A stretch of 64,000 bases of DNA from NCBI RefSeq assembly GCF_018977255.1, contig NW_024704742.1, positions 16,866,001-16,930,000 on the forward strand, written 5' to 3'. The notes under the pieces are model-generated. The model did not search any database, was not told the DNA's origin, and saw only the letters and a program-made list of their open reading frames with translations. Each line of letters opens with the position of its first letter. Position 1 is the stretch's first letter. The stretch comes from Callorhinchus milii. Taxonomy: Eukaryota. Both the position numbers and the translations under genes were made by a program. Below, piece after piece: positions 51,448 through 64,000 of the stretch.

Positions 51448-52497
51448 ACTATGAAATGCAACTATTTCTTTATAATGTTAGGTGTGAGTTCCCAGTACAG
51501 CATCAGTGTTCTACAGTTTATAAATAAACAGTTTAAATAAAATATCAATGGAGTTAAACAAGTGCTCAAATGAGAAAACTTCAATATAAATAGCCTGAGC
51601 CAAATAAAGAGGATGCCAGGTGCATCTCATGCAAAGAACACTATCTAAGTCACACAGATCTTCTGCTAAACTCATAATAAAAAGTTCACAAGTGGTAATG
51701 CACTAGTAAGAACTCTGCTCTGAGGCAATCTCAGGTCTTGTGTTCACAAGTTCTTGTGAGTCGGTGTGAGTTACCAACAGTAATCTTTTCATCATCTGTT
51801 TGGAATGGGAACAGCTTATGATAGACCCCGGTGTCTGTATTATCTCTAGATAATGGTGGCACAGATAAAATGTGTTAAATGTCATCTCTCCTTTCTGTGC
51901 AAAAGTGTTCTAAGTTTCTACATCAAGTTGTGTCATTAGAACAGTTGGATATCCAATGAATTAAGCACATAATCTGAGATGTTTAAAGCAAATGATAATT
52001 AGGTCTTGGAATAAATGATCCAGAAATTCATTAGGATAAAAGGACATTAACAATCTAATGTCAAACTGAATTTAGATTCCTAATTTCTTCATGATTACAT
52101 AAATTGTGTATTTATGTACTCTTAAAGAGAATTAAAATAAGATTGGGGAATATCGGGGTTTTGTCCAACTCACAAGGATGGGTCTACTCTTCCCAGAACT
52201 TTTTTCAATCTTAGTCCTGTTACTTGTGGAGTTGAGTCTGTCACATAAATGTTCCTTTACTTAGAATAAGCAACAAGGACAAGCAGAGGTGGAAAATCAC
52301 ACACTTAAAAATGTGCACAAGCTGAAAAGGACAGAAAATTCACATTTTAGTCAAACTACAGGACAAACCTGCACATAGTTGAATTAAGCACATAATCAAT
52401 GTGTCAGATTGTGATTTATTTCCTTCTTATTGCATGTCAACAGCTGATCCCTTGAGAAGGCTAGTCTACAGTAGTAACTGTCCTAAGCAACATATCA

Positions 52498-53097
52498 ATA
52501 ACAACAACACCTTGGATTTATATAGCGCCCTCCACGCCGGACGGCGTCTCAGAGCGCTTTACAGTTTAGGATCCTAGGACCGAGTCGGGGCGGGGGGGCG
52601 AAGGTGACCAAAGGCATGGTCGAAAAGGTCTTCAGCAGAGACCTGAAAATGGGAAGGGAGGGAGCGAGACGAAGGGAGTGAGGAAGGCAGTTCCAGAGCC
52701 TCGGGGCATAGTGGCTGAAGGTACAGCCGCAGAGGGTGGAGCGGAGGACTCGGGGGACAAGGAGGAGGCCAGACCCGGAGGTGCGAAGGCAATGGGCACT
52801 GTTGTGAGGAGAGACGAGGTCAGAGAGGTAGGGGGCTGCAGAGGAGTACAGGGACTTGAATACGAAGGTGAGGATCTGGGATAGGTAGCCAGAGCAGTCT
52901 GGCAAGGACTGGGGTGATCGGGGAGCGGAGTTTTGTGTGGGTGAGAATGCGGACAGCAGAGTTCTGAATGAGTTGTATTTTATGGATGGTAGGGATGGGA
53001 GACCGGCAAGGAGGGTGTTTGAATAGTCCATCCGGGAGGTGACAAAGGCATGGATCAGAGTTTCAGCGGCTTTTGGGGAGAGGTATTGGCGGAGAAT
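52498..53097 (-). mobile_element. L2 3' end, second subfamily
   Basis: MDYSNTLLAGLP ... TFSHYAPRLWNCLPHSLRLAPSLPIFRSLLKT; variant tail stem-loop. Confidence 0.88.
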
Positions 53098-54856
53098 ATC
53101 TAGCCACGTTCAAGAACTCCAGGACCTCCTCTACATTCTCTGACTTCAGTATGGAGCAGAATCTGGTTAGTGAACCAGGCTGTATTATACAGGGCTGAGT
53201 ACCCTTAATTTGATCTGTTTCCTCGCTGATCAGCATAATAACACTGCTGTTTCCACTACACTAACAGTGAGATGTCCACATGCTCGACACACCTGTTTCA
53301 TACATCTGACTAACACCAATATGCTCCCTAATAGAACCCTGGATTTCAGCTAGTGTCCTTTCTTTGTGATCCCTACTGGTTAGATGGCTCAAAAAAACAG
53401 AAATATGTTGCCAGTTAATCCATCTGATTTACAGGCCACCAGAGAGTGGAGGTTCCGAACATTCTGTGATGGGAAGTCCCTACCTGGCATCTACATGTTA
53501 GCTCACCACAATGTAACTGAGAGTAGGCAGTTAGAAAAACGAAGGCATCAAAGATGTATCTCCACACTACGTACAATGCAAAGTGTTGCTTTCTTCCCTG
53601 CCTTTTATCCTATCAGCATTCTTAAAATAGAATATCAATTAAAGATCAATGTTTGCATCGTGAGCTGTTTCCACTATTCTGTTCAGTCCCCTTCACCAGT
53701 CAGTAGCTTTCTACCATCAGCACTGAATGGATGGGAAGGGGGAGCAAGCAGAGGGTTGAAAGCTTGTGAGAAAGACTACCCCGGTAACAGGTGCTGCAAT
53801 GTGACACAACTCCCTATAATGAAAAGCATCAAATCCAGGTCATAATTCCCATACACGGCCATAACTGAGAGACCCTCCCTTTAATTGGGCTGCAACAATA
53901 ATAAGCTTGTAAATTGCAGAGGAGCATAAAAGCCGATTCAAATACACAAAAAACAATCAAATCTTTTAAAACATTGCTTACACTTCTATAAAGAAAATCT
54001 CCAATATCTGTGAATCTGACACCCATATTCTGAAAGGCAATTTGGAAAGAGGTATTGGATTACCTTCTCAAATCTTCCAATTATTGTATAGTTAGAAAAT
54101 CTAACTCATGTTATCACTAGATTATTTCTTGTGCGTGCAAAACAGAACGATTAGATTCAAATTAGCATCTACTGTCCTGTGTCATTATTCAATAATGGTC
54201 TGTCAAAAATGATTGCTTTCTGAATTTGGAAATTGATTCCAGTAATTCTTTTCCCAGACTAGACCAATTTAATTAAAAACAGGCCCATTATGTGATAACA
54301 TGAGAAGACTCTTAGGTATTTCTGATCCCACAGAGAAAAACTGCACACCTGGAAGTATTTTACCATGAGCTTACAGGAATGCCTTTGACCATGTAGAACG
54401 TTTCAAGAAATATCTGCAGGAATTCAACTTAGAAGACATTTTTTATTGAGCCAAGTGCTCTCTCGCAAAACTGCCTTCAATTCAACCCGATTCTAATGCA
54501 CTTTGTTGCAGTGCTGACTTGTTTAAGTCGCAAATGGCATGTGAACTCCTTCATTACAAAGGGTTGTCTCGATTCCCACGTTTTTTTAATGTCCACCTCA
54601 ATAGGCAGTTAAAATCTTTGTTTAAAGTTACATCTGTTGGATGGGCACCTGGAGCACTACACTGAAGTGTCAGCCAAGCCAAGTGCAATGTGCAAAGAGG
54701 CCACATTCACTTCATAGAAAAGGGTATTTTGTATTGTAACTTTATCACAATCCTTTGGAAATCTAAGTACACAATGTGAATTGGGGATACCACCTCTTAA
54801 TAAAGTTCCAAGAAGTGAGTCAGGCAAGATGTACCATTTCAACCTTTATGTACCAT

Positions 54857-55022
54857 TTCAGAGCATCTATAATTTGGCAATTTATTGAATTCAGTGTTAC
54901 CTTCGAAGATTTTTTTTGTAATTTCTGAAAAGAACTTATAGAAAACTGGCTTCAAAACTTACAGAAAACTGACTTCAAAGGCTGCACTTAAGAATTTCTC
55001 CAATTCTGGATTCTGTAAAATG
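54857..55022. mobile_element. Palindromic MITE-like family copy with an internal ~23-bp tandem duplication
   Basis: AATTTGGCAATTTATTGAATTCAGT ... (AACTTAYAGAAAACTGRCTTCAA)x2 ... CCAATTCTGGA. Confidence 0.55.
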
Positions 55023-56396
55023 CTACATAAATAGAGTAAATGCAGACCCAACTGGATTTTTTTCCTTCAGAAAATGAAACAAATATTTGTTTTTACATGA
55101 ACAAAACTACATAAATGCATCATGATAATTCTGTGTTGCTGGAAAATTTTAAGACTAAATGATATTACAGGGTAAAGAGATAGAATTTTGGACCAGACAT
55201 TGTGGAGATCAGACACATAGTGTTTATTTTTTTAGGTTATTTTCATTCAGTTACTCTTCCATTTAGCTTCCTGATTATTGATTCCATTAGTTTTCCAATT
55301 TATTGAGGTCCAGTTTTGGACTTGTATTTGTCAAGTCATTTTTCTGTCACTTTTTTGAATATACGAACTCAATTTTTGCTTGTTCCAGTCAGTCAGAATC
55401 TCTCAAGTGTTTATTCCCTTGCTCAAAAGGTTAGTCAGTGAAAATCTCCTCCTCTGTTTCTATAAATCTCTAGAGAATCCTTCACCAGTCATGTAGATTT
55501 ATTAGTTTTGAACCCTCCTCACGAGCCTATCTAGCAATAATTTTTCACCAGCATCAAAATCCTGAACAACAAACAAAATGTATGTTGGATTTTGGATGGT
55601 ACATTGTTGGTCTATCTAAGAAAGGGTTAAAATTTGCCAACCAGCAAGATTTTGGTGTGCTGTCACTGATTCAAAAGCAGAGCCATTAGAAATAGATTAC
55701 TGATTTAGAATTTAATTAGCTCTTAAAAGAAATATGATCAGGGGAAAATAATTACAGAAATGCTACCAAGGAGACAATTATGCATCCATTTTAGATTCCC
55801 ACATAAGTCTTTAAAAGATTCAGAATAAAGCTACTCTAAATTCAAAAGTATTCCATGGTATGTTTAATGGAATCCTTCATGCTAAGAAAACGCTTGATTT
55901 TTTTGCTGCAGTCATCTTCATTGAATTTAGAAAGACCCAGATGGTGCTTCCTGCAATTTGGCTTTACAGTTTGCAGGGATTAGTGTTTACACACTCGGTG
56001 CATAGCCACTGAGGCAGCAAGCCCACTCCAACTCACATGATCAGCTGAAACTTGGTTAATAGATGCAAACTTCTGTGTTCCTCTTCTTGTTTTATGTTTC
56101 TAAGTTGGCGAGGATGAATTACTAGCATATGAGGCCTGGAATGTGCCTGTTCATAAAATAGCATTCATAAAGTCCATTGTGTGACCCTTCTAAATTCACT
56201 GTAACTCACATTCATGCTTTTTACTCCTCAGTACTGGGAATGCAAACTAATGTAAGTTTTTCATGGTAAAATGAAATGCAAAACTGATAATGGGCATTTC
56301 TCACTACAGTGTCTTAACAGTCAAACTTAGGTGTGGAGGTATTAAAATAGAGGCATTTTCAGCACAGAAGGAAGCTATTTGGGCCAATGTGTGTTT

Positions 56397-57425
56397 AAAG
56401 TTCTTTGAAGATGTAACTAGCAGGTTAGATAAGGCAGTAAATATAGTGTATTTAGATTTTCAGAAGGCATTTGACAAGGTGCCACATAAAAGGCACAAGA
56501 TTAGAGCCCATGGAATTAAAGGCAATATATTAGCATTGATCGAAGAGTAGCTAATAGGAAGAAAACAGAGTAGGGATAAACGGGTCCTTCTCAGATGGGC
56601 AAGATGTGACTAGTGGAGTGCCACAAGGAAGAGTGCTTGGACCTCAACTATTTACAATCTATATCAATGATCTAGACGAGGACATAGAACTTAAAATATC
56701 TAAATTCACGGATGATACTAAGCTAGGTGGGAGAGTGAGCTCTGAGGATGACACAAAAAGATTGCAGAGGGATATAGATAGGCTAGATGAGTGGGCAAGA
56801 AGGTGGCAGATGGAGTATAACGTGGAGAAGTGTGAAGTTATTCACCTAGGTAGTAAAAACAGAAAAGCTGATTATTTTCTAGAGGGGGAGAGACTAGATA
56901 GTTATTATTCAGAGGGATTTGGGTGTCCTTGTACACCAGTCACAAAAGGTTAGTATGCAGGTACAGCAAGCAACTAAGCATGTTGGCGTTTATTGCAAAA
57001 GGGTTAGAATACAAGAGTGGGGAAGTCTTGCTGCAACTGTATAGGGCATTGGTAAGATTTTTATGGGGCTTGACAGAATAGACGATGTGAGACTGTTTCC
57101 CCTGGTTGGAGAATCTATAACTAGGGGTCACAGTTTTAAGATTAAGGGTCAGCCTTTTTGAACTGAGTTGAGGAAACATATCTTTACTAAGAGAGTAGTG
57201 AATTTATGGAATTCTCTACCCCAGAAGCCTGTGGATGCTCAGTCCTTGAACATATTCAAGACTGAGATTGATAGATTTCTGAAGGATAGAGGGATTAAGG
57301 GATATGGGGATAAGGCGGGCAGATGGAGTTAGGTTAGAAGATCAGCCATGATCTTATTGAATGGTGGGGTGGGCTCGAGGGGCCGAATGGCCTACGCCTG
57401 CTCCTAATTCCTATGTTCCTATGTG
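56397..57425 (+). mobile_element. CR1 LINE, 5'-truncated with internal deletion
   Basis: VYLDFQKAFDKVPHKR, TSGVPQGRVLGPQLFTIYINDL and ISKFTDDTKLGG; tail CCTATGTTCCTATGT. Confidence 0.92.
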
Positions 57426-58049
57426 CACGTGTAATTGCTGCTTGATTTTCTAAATTTCCCTTTTTTTATTATTCCCACTTTCCGGGTTTTGCCACACATT
57501 CCTTATAATATTAGCTTCAGAAATGTGGAATTTTAGCAGAAGATTGCTTAATCTAAAATCAAAAATATCCTCTATCTGTGTCACCACAATGTGCCCACAA
57601 TGTAGAGAGGATTTTGGTTCAACGATGATCTAAAGGACAGCACGCCCCCAGCACTGCATTGGAGTGTCAGCCTAGATATGTGAGTACAAAGTCCGAATGT
57701 GGAGGTTGACCCTACAACCTTTTGACACAGTGGTGAGGTAGCCTGACAACTGGCAGAGTATGCAATTACAGTACTAGATGTCTACACTGTTGTCAATCTT
57801 GCCATTCAGAATGTAGTGATCTCTGCAGTGAAGGACTTTCTTGTGGAGGCCATAGAAAAAATGGAGCATCTCTCATGAATGTTCATTGTATTGAATTATT
57901 TTTGCTCTGTTCATTAACTCTGTGGATGTGCAGTGAGCTATTCTGCTTCACTTGCCAATTTTAGTGAATTTGCTGCTGCATATTTATAAATAACTAATGA
58001 AATGTTCTATTTATAATTGAATTCTTTCAGAATGCCAAACGTGTGGTCC

Positions 58050-58330
58050 ACATCTTCGCCTACTCAACAGCTGTGGGACAGTTGATGGCCCCAGGAATGA
58101 AGGAATCACACGCTTGTCCCAGAATCCGTCCATTCACACGCAGAGTTCTTTTGCGTTGGTCACAGACCATCTGGATGTTGACTGAATAAAACTGTTCAAT
58201 CATTTGTTCTGGGCACATGAATTGCTACATGAATGCAGTCGTTGATGCCCTGCTCTTTTGAGAAGCCTGTGATCTGATAGGAATGGCACTGTCTCCACAT
58301 CTGCTGCTGCTGCTGGTTCTTGCTCAGGTG
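58050..58330 (-). pseudogene. Degraded PIF/Harbinger transposase catalytic-domain fragment (not in the ORF track)
   Basis: Manual translation: YQITGFSKEQGINDCIHVAIHVP* / frameshift / FYSVNIQMVCDQRKRTLRVNGRILGQACDSFI. This matches the Harbinger motifs GFP...GAIDCTH, HSINVQ.VCD and ARWPGS.HDS.I. Confidence 0.85.
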
Positions 58331-59154
58331 TACCTTGCTTGGTGTAGAATCACACAATGTGAGCAGTGTAGGAGAGGGTTTTGGCCTCTGTTGGTGCCAG
58401 CTCCTCCACTTGAACTCAATCCAATACCCTGTAATTTCCCCATAGCTGTTTTGATATCAATCCTCTTGAAATACTCATCCAATTTAATTTAAATGTTGAT
58501 GTGGTACCTTTTGAGACTTTTTTTGGTGAAACAATTGCCTGACTCTCACATGAATGTCTGGAAGGTTAAAATGTGGAAGCAATTGAGGTTCAATGGTGCC
58601 CTTCGCTGTCACTGGTCTTGCTCTAATGATTGGAGAGTTGCTTCAGGACTTCATACAAAGGTTTGACATAGTGCCACTGTATCCCCTCTGGTGAGCTTGA
58701 ATCTCCATTGCTCCATTATAGTTATAGTTATTTTCTATTACACTACACAAACTGTGCAGGTTAATGCCTGCATTTACTTAAGCCTTTAATACCATGTGCG
58801 TTCTTGACCTCTCCCTCTCCTCCTTCCCTGCTTGATATGCATTGGTACAGCTAAGTCTTGGTGTGAAGTTAAACAATAGACACCAGGGAAGTCCCAATTT
58901 CTGATCTGCATGTTAAATGATTTAAGCCAGAGTGTGCAAATAAAGGCTTCGGTTAGATGGACTATAGAGCAGAAAAAAATCACCCAAGATCCTCTTTCCT
59001 GGTTGATCTCCAATGATCTCTTTGGAAAGAGCGGATAATGGCAGAGTTAGGCTCGGGTCAAATTAAGCTGAAATCAAATTCCTAAGACTAATCACTAAAA
59101 CAAACATTTGGGGGGAAAATTCCACCTGAACCCACCCTAGATTTACTCTAACAT

Positions 59155-59285
59155 TTTTGAACATTCAGAATTTGGAAAATACATTCTTAACTCTGAAGCC
59201 GGCTTTCTGTAAGTTATTTTCAGGACTAATTTCAAAATTAAGACTTAAATCAACAATTTGCCAAATTCTGGATGCTTTACAATGC
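59155..59285. mobile_element. Palindromic MITE-like family copy
   Basis: CATTCAGAATTTGGAAAAT ... AATTAAGACTTAAATCAACAATTTGCCAAATTCTGGATG. Confidence 0.6.
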
Positions 59286-59299
59286 TATTTTTTTGGTTA

Positions 59300-59440
59300 G
59301 CCGGAGTATCCAAATCAAACTGAGAATTCCACACTACACCTGGAAATCCCAGAGATAGATTGTTGGAATGGAATGTGCACTCTCTCTCTCTGGATAGACA
59401 CTTCCTGCTTACCTAATAATAAATTCCAGAAAGTATGTAG
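59300..59440 (+). repeat. Family C fragment (5' part)
   Basis: GAGTATCCAAATCAAACTGAGAATTC...TTGTTGGAATGGAATGTGCACTCTCT...TTCCTGCTTACCTAAT. Confidence 0.6.
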
Positions 59441-59812
59441 CAAATCTAGACCCAGATCTCCCCAAGGCAGAGTCCTACATGTACATCTCTATAACCTGAT
59501 TCTGATCAGCTCACCAAAATACAATTTTTATCCGAACCAGAAGGCATCTTTGACCCAAAATTCCATCTTAGCCTTTGAGGCTGCTATGTTTTGTATTTAA
59601 GAACAAACATAAGATGCATTCGAGACTCTACCACATGTGAAGGTGAATATAAATGTATGTTATTTTTGGTGGTGTGAAAACGCATTAAATTCAAAGCTGT
59701 CTCTGTTTAAGACTGAATTCAAAGAATTTCCACACTTCTGCATAATTTTAAATGTTAAGACAATTTAGCCTTAGGCTAAGACCATGCAAAATTTTGGATA
59801 TTTGGATTTCAG

Positions 59813-59866
59813 ATTACTAACTCACAGCAGGTTATTAACTGATATAACCTGCTGTGAGTTAGTAAT
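59813..59866. repeat. Perfect 23-bp inverted repeat with 8-nt loop
   Basis: ATTACTAACTCACAGCAGGTTAT-taactgat-ATAACCTGCTGTGAGTTAGTAAT. Confidence 0.95.
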
Positions 59867-62460
59867 GTGAAATTCTAATAATATTAATTTCATCTGAAAT
59901 CTAAATAATATTAATTTCATCTGCACAGTGGTGAATTTGAGTAGTATTCAATGATACAATTTTATTTTGTTTGCGTAATAAAAATGTATACTACCATTAA
60001 AAACTTACTGGAACAATTTACGCTGTAAAGTAACCTGCGTGTATCCTGAGGAAAGAGTATTGTACATTACAGAGAGTTGAATGCTTTTGTGTTGACTGAC
60101 CCCTAGTGAAAAATACACTGTATTCTCTTGCTACGCCTTGGACTCCGCAAGTAAATTCTGGTTGTTCCATGGTCATAGAACTCATGAGATAGTTCATGTT
60201 TCTATGTGAGTCATAACATTCGCAAGCAAAATACACAGTAATTATACTTTATAGTATATTCTGTAATGTGTTTTGAGATGGTCTCTTGACATGAAAAGTG
60301 CTATATGGAATGCAAGGATTATTATTATATTATTATTTTAAGTTATTTGGTTTAATATTAGTCCTTTTGGACATTTTAGTTCTCCTGAATGTTATATGTT
60401 AAATGATAATCACCGTTCATTATCATCAACGCGTTTCGCCCACAAATACACAGTCAATTCACTTTACAGTATATTCTGTGAAGCACTTTGAAACGTCTAA
60501 AAGACATGAAAAGCGCTATATGAAATGCAAGGATTATTATTACAATTTGTGGCAAAGATTTCTTAAAATTTGGATGCTGCTCTCTGTTGCGTGTAAAATT
60601 CTATCTGGTTACTGCCAAATGGAATACTGGATGTTTGCCCAGAATTGTGACCAAATAGCCAGATTTCCGGTCATGGTTTCATGTGCAATGTTTCAAAACA
60701 ACAATTGTACCCTTCACCTCATCCCTTCCCTCATTTCCTTCAAGGTCCGTCTCAAGACTTTCCTCTTTGATCATGCCTTTGGTCATCTTTACCCCCCCCA
60801 CCACCACCCTCACTGTATCCACCCCCCGAGTAGAGTGCAAACTCTCGGACACTGGGAGAAACTCTTTTCAAATAATGCGTGCAGTTATATGCAGCAGACA
60901 ATTGAAGCTTTCATGATGAGTCCTTTATACTTCTTGTCTCCAAAAACAACCAGTCAATTCCCATTTGAAGATCTGTAGATTCCAAAATAATTTGACTTAA
61001 AAATATAGAGCCTTCATTTTTGCTCTTGATAGAATTTGAAAGGTTGCACTAGTCCCTAATGTGCTTTTATCTTTAATACTGGATTGTTGAAATGTTTATG
61101 GGCATCCTAACAAGCTATTTGATGACAGATATTCACTTAAATATTCTCCTCCCTTATTGCCTAGCCAATTAAGCAACATTTTTTTGGTCACAAAATGACT
61201 GTGCTTCTGTCCCTGACATCATCTTTCAAGTCTCCCAGCTTTCATTCTCTCTTCCTCTGAACATTTTCTTTCTATCGCTTTCATTGCTGATGGACAATCT
61301 CTGCATGTGTCCTTAAGAGGTCAAAGGGACTGATTCCTGGCTCATAACGATAGGTGGCATTGTACGGCTGATGCCTTCTCCACTGCTGAGTCAGAAATTC
61401 CAGTCACTTCATGAAAGGCAGTTCCACAGAAAATGCTGAATGTTTTATTTTCCCAAAGTACGCCCCATAACTCTTCCTTCCCCTCCCCCACCCCTATCTC
61501 CAGAAGCAATTTGTTAAAAAAAACACATGATTCTTCGGAACGATTCCAGGTTTAGGATTTGTCCCAAACTGCTGATGTTCTCTCTTACTCAGATAATAAG
61601 GTTAATACAAGCGCAAAGCAGCAAAACACTGTAACATTTAACGACTGTCTCCTCTGTTATTCTACTTATATTATGCTGACATAATCTGTATTTTGCAATA
61701 GTGGTAAAACAAGAAAAATTAACATTTGCACTATCATAGAAACAAAACATTTTTTTTTCTATGTAATGTGCTGCCAATGACAACTACCACTGAGTACTCT
61801 GGAGAAGTCAGAGGGATCAGATATTCCAAGGGTTTGGAACTAGTTACCTGGATCACGATGAGACAGAAACACAGTTAAGTCACAAGCTTTCATGTATAAC
61901 AATCAGAAGAAAATGATTCTAGCCAAGGACTTGATTCAATAACATGTACATTGAAATTTCAGTACAGAAGGAAGCTGTTCAACACACCATGTCTATGCCA
62001 TTAAAAAGAATAAAATGAAATTTCCCCCATAAAATTAAATTGGGAAGGAATCTTTTCTTTTACCTCACAAATCTCAATGCTCACCTCTGAAATATAGCTC
62101 TATTCCTCAGCCAAGGATCACTAAAGTCTTCATTCATGTGTGGAAAGCACAGTGCTTTGCACTTATTTGCCAGATACTAGCTTTAAAAATAATTTGAAAG
62201 TAAAAAATTAAAATTACAGAATTGTTCTAAGTGACTACAAATGGGTGAAAATGGGTTACATTAAAAACAAGTGTGATTGTTTCTCTGAAAAAGTTGGAAA
62301 GAGATATCCTGAAATTTCTGCACTGCTCCTCAATTATCACCAGCAATAATTAAGGAACAGAATGCATTCAGGAATATCACAATTTAGACTTCACATCATG
62401 AAAACAGGTGGAGTACATATATGCAAAGTGCCAACTTTTCTTAGCATGTAGACCATTTTG

Positions 62461-62605
62461 TTTTAAAATGTAAGATTACGCAGTTGTGGAAAATTCTTCA
62501 ATCCAGTCTTAGTTTCAAAGCCGTTTAAAACCTGCAGAAATTGAGCTTCCAAATTAAGACTGGATTTAAGAATTTTTACAATTCTGTCTGATCTTAAATT
62601 TTAAA
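62461..62605. mobile_element. Palindromic MITE-like family copy
   Basis: AATCCAGTCTTA (62500-62511) / TAAGACTGGATT (62555-62566), within arms of ~60 bp. Confidence 0.65.
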
Positions 62606-64000
62606 TTACAATTATAAATTGTCATCACAGCATATAATGTCGAGAACGATAAACAGGCTAAAATTAAGTACCAATTCTGAGCCTATGGATTTACAAGTAA
62701 AATAACTCTGGTAATTCTGCTTTGTTCAATACATTCAGTGAATTCATCAATGTGTGCTCATAGATAACTGTAAACTTTAAAGGTAACATTGAATTAGTTA
62801 TTTATCAATATAAAAATCATCAATTTAGTAGGTGGACCAGTCTTCATTTTCAATATTTTTTACTTTCTGTAATTGAGGTACATTTGTACTGCACTGAGAG
62901 AAAGATACACAAAAGATAACAATTTCATGGTTAATAGAAATTCATGTTGATTGTGCCATTTGTCTAAAATTATTGGAATATTCAACCTTATAATACATTT
63001 TTCATGTATATCCCTGTCTGGAACCCACCCCCCACCCCTCCCCCTGGAGGGGGAGATATTAGTTTTTGTTGTTTATCAACGATATTGGATCAATATCTGC
63101 TTCCACAATCCATGAGCTGCGTCTGTTTCTTCAAGATTAAAGGGAGCAACTTTATTCTAATAATGAAGCCTATGAAAGGTTAATGATTTACTGTAACAGA
63201 GATAGGAAAATCAGTCAGACACATTTGTACACTGCTAGACTGACTTCCTTCCTCATAATAACGTGTGTTGGTTCCTTCGAGCTCCAATTTTGTTTCAAGC
63301 ACAGCATTTCTGCCATTGATTTTATATACAGATCTCTTCCAGAGAAGCTCATTCACTTACACTGCTCTGTTCTTGTCTCACTCACTCCAAAACAGGTTCC
63401 ATTTTGCTGAGCAAATGCAATAATTCATTCATTTTAATGTTAAAAAAGTAACAATATTTTGTGAATCTGCAATTTCAGTTTTGCATAAAATTACATTTGC
63501 ATTGCTTACCTTTATATAAAGAATATAAGGCTTCCATTCTCTGCCCATGGTACACTACAATCAATAAGACTGGAGTCAGCAAAGAAGCAAATTGATCAGA
63601 CAGTTCACTTCATGAGTGTAAAATATTGATTGAAGGTTTTTGACTGCAGTAAATTGGAATATCAGGCTGATTCTGTTCTAACACTGGTGAAGGTGATCTA
63701 AATATCTAACATTCAACTAATGTTTGGGTTTCAAACACAATTACTTTTCTAGTTCCCCTGGGGGTGTTGTCTTTAGCTCATGAAGATTCTGCCAGCAGTC
63801 CATTGCAAATGGCAGGATGTTGCCCTGCGATTGATTTATAGGAGCTCCTCTAGGAGTCAATCAGGTCCACATGACTCCAGGTTCCTGCTGATGGCAGACC
63901 AGCCTGATTGGCTCAACAGCAGCACTTGGAGGGTCATTCGCTGGGGCAGGCATTCTTCTTACTTGGGAAGCCTGTTAGACAGTGCTACCAATGGCAAACT

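Noticed and set aside
53384..53845. 153-aa ORF (also the 191-aa ORF at 60403-60978)
   Set aside because: No recognisable domain; the latter is stitched from SINE and L2 fragments.
1..64000. CRISPR array or prokaryotic/viral operon
   Set aside because: No regularly spaced direct repeats with unique spacers and no gene-dense region; the content is vertebrate retroelements.

Overview
Repeat-rich, AT-rich vertebrate genomic DNA (intron or gene desert) with no confidently identifiable host protein-coding gene. The repeat mix points to a cartilaginous fish, probably a chimaera such as elephant shark; this is an inference, not a database result. The mix is a young tRNA-Ala-headed SINE, older Deu-domain SINEs, L2-clade LINEs sharing their 3' tail with the SINEs, and CR1 LINEs. 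Nearly all tracked ORFs are retroelement fragments or noise, and the 453-aa ORF is a chimera of two nested L2 copies. Items worth a second look: (1) a dispersed family of ~150-240 bp palindromic fold-back elements alongside two degraded PIF/Harbinger transposase fossils, one missed by the ORF track; (2) covarying SINE/L2 3' stem-loops, with SINEs and L2s inserted into each other; (3) local templated duplications, including a 137-bp inverted copy inside an L2 tail and a perfect 23-bp hairpin; (4) a 55-nt exon candidate enclosed in a hairpin; (5) an unclassified repeat family with four copies. I do not see evidence of a complete novel gene system. Boundaries of old repeats are approximate and identities were estimated by eye.
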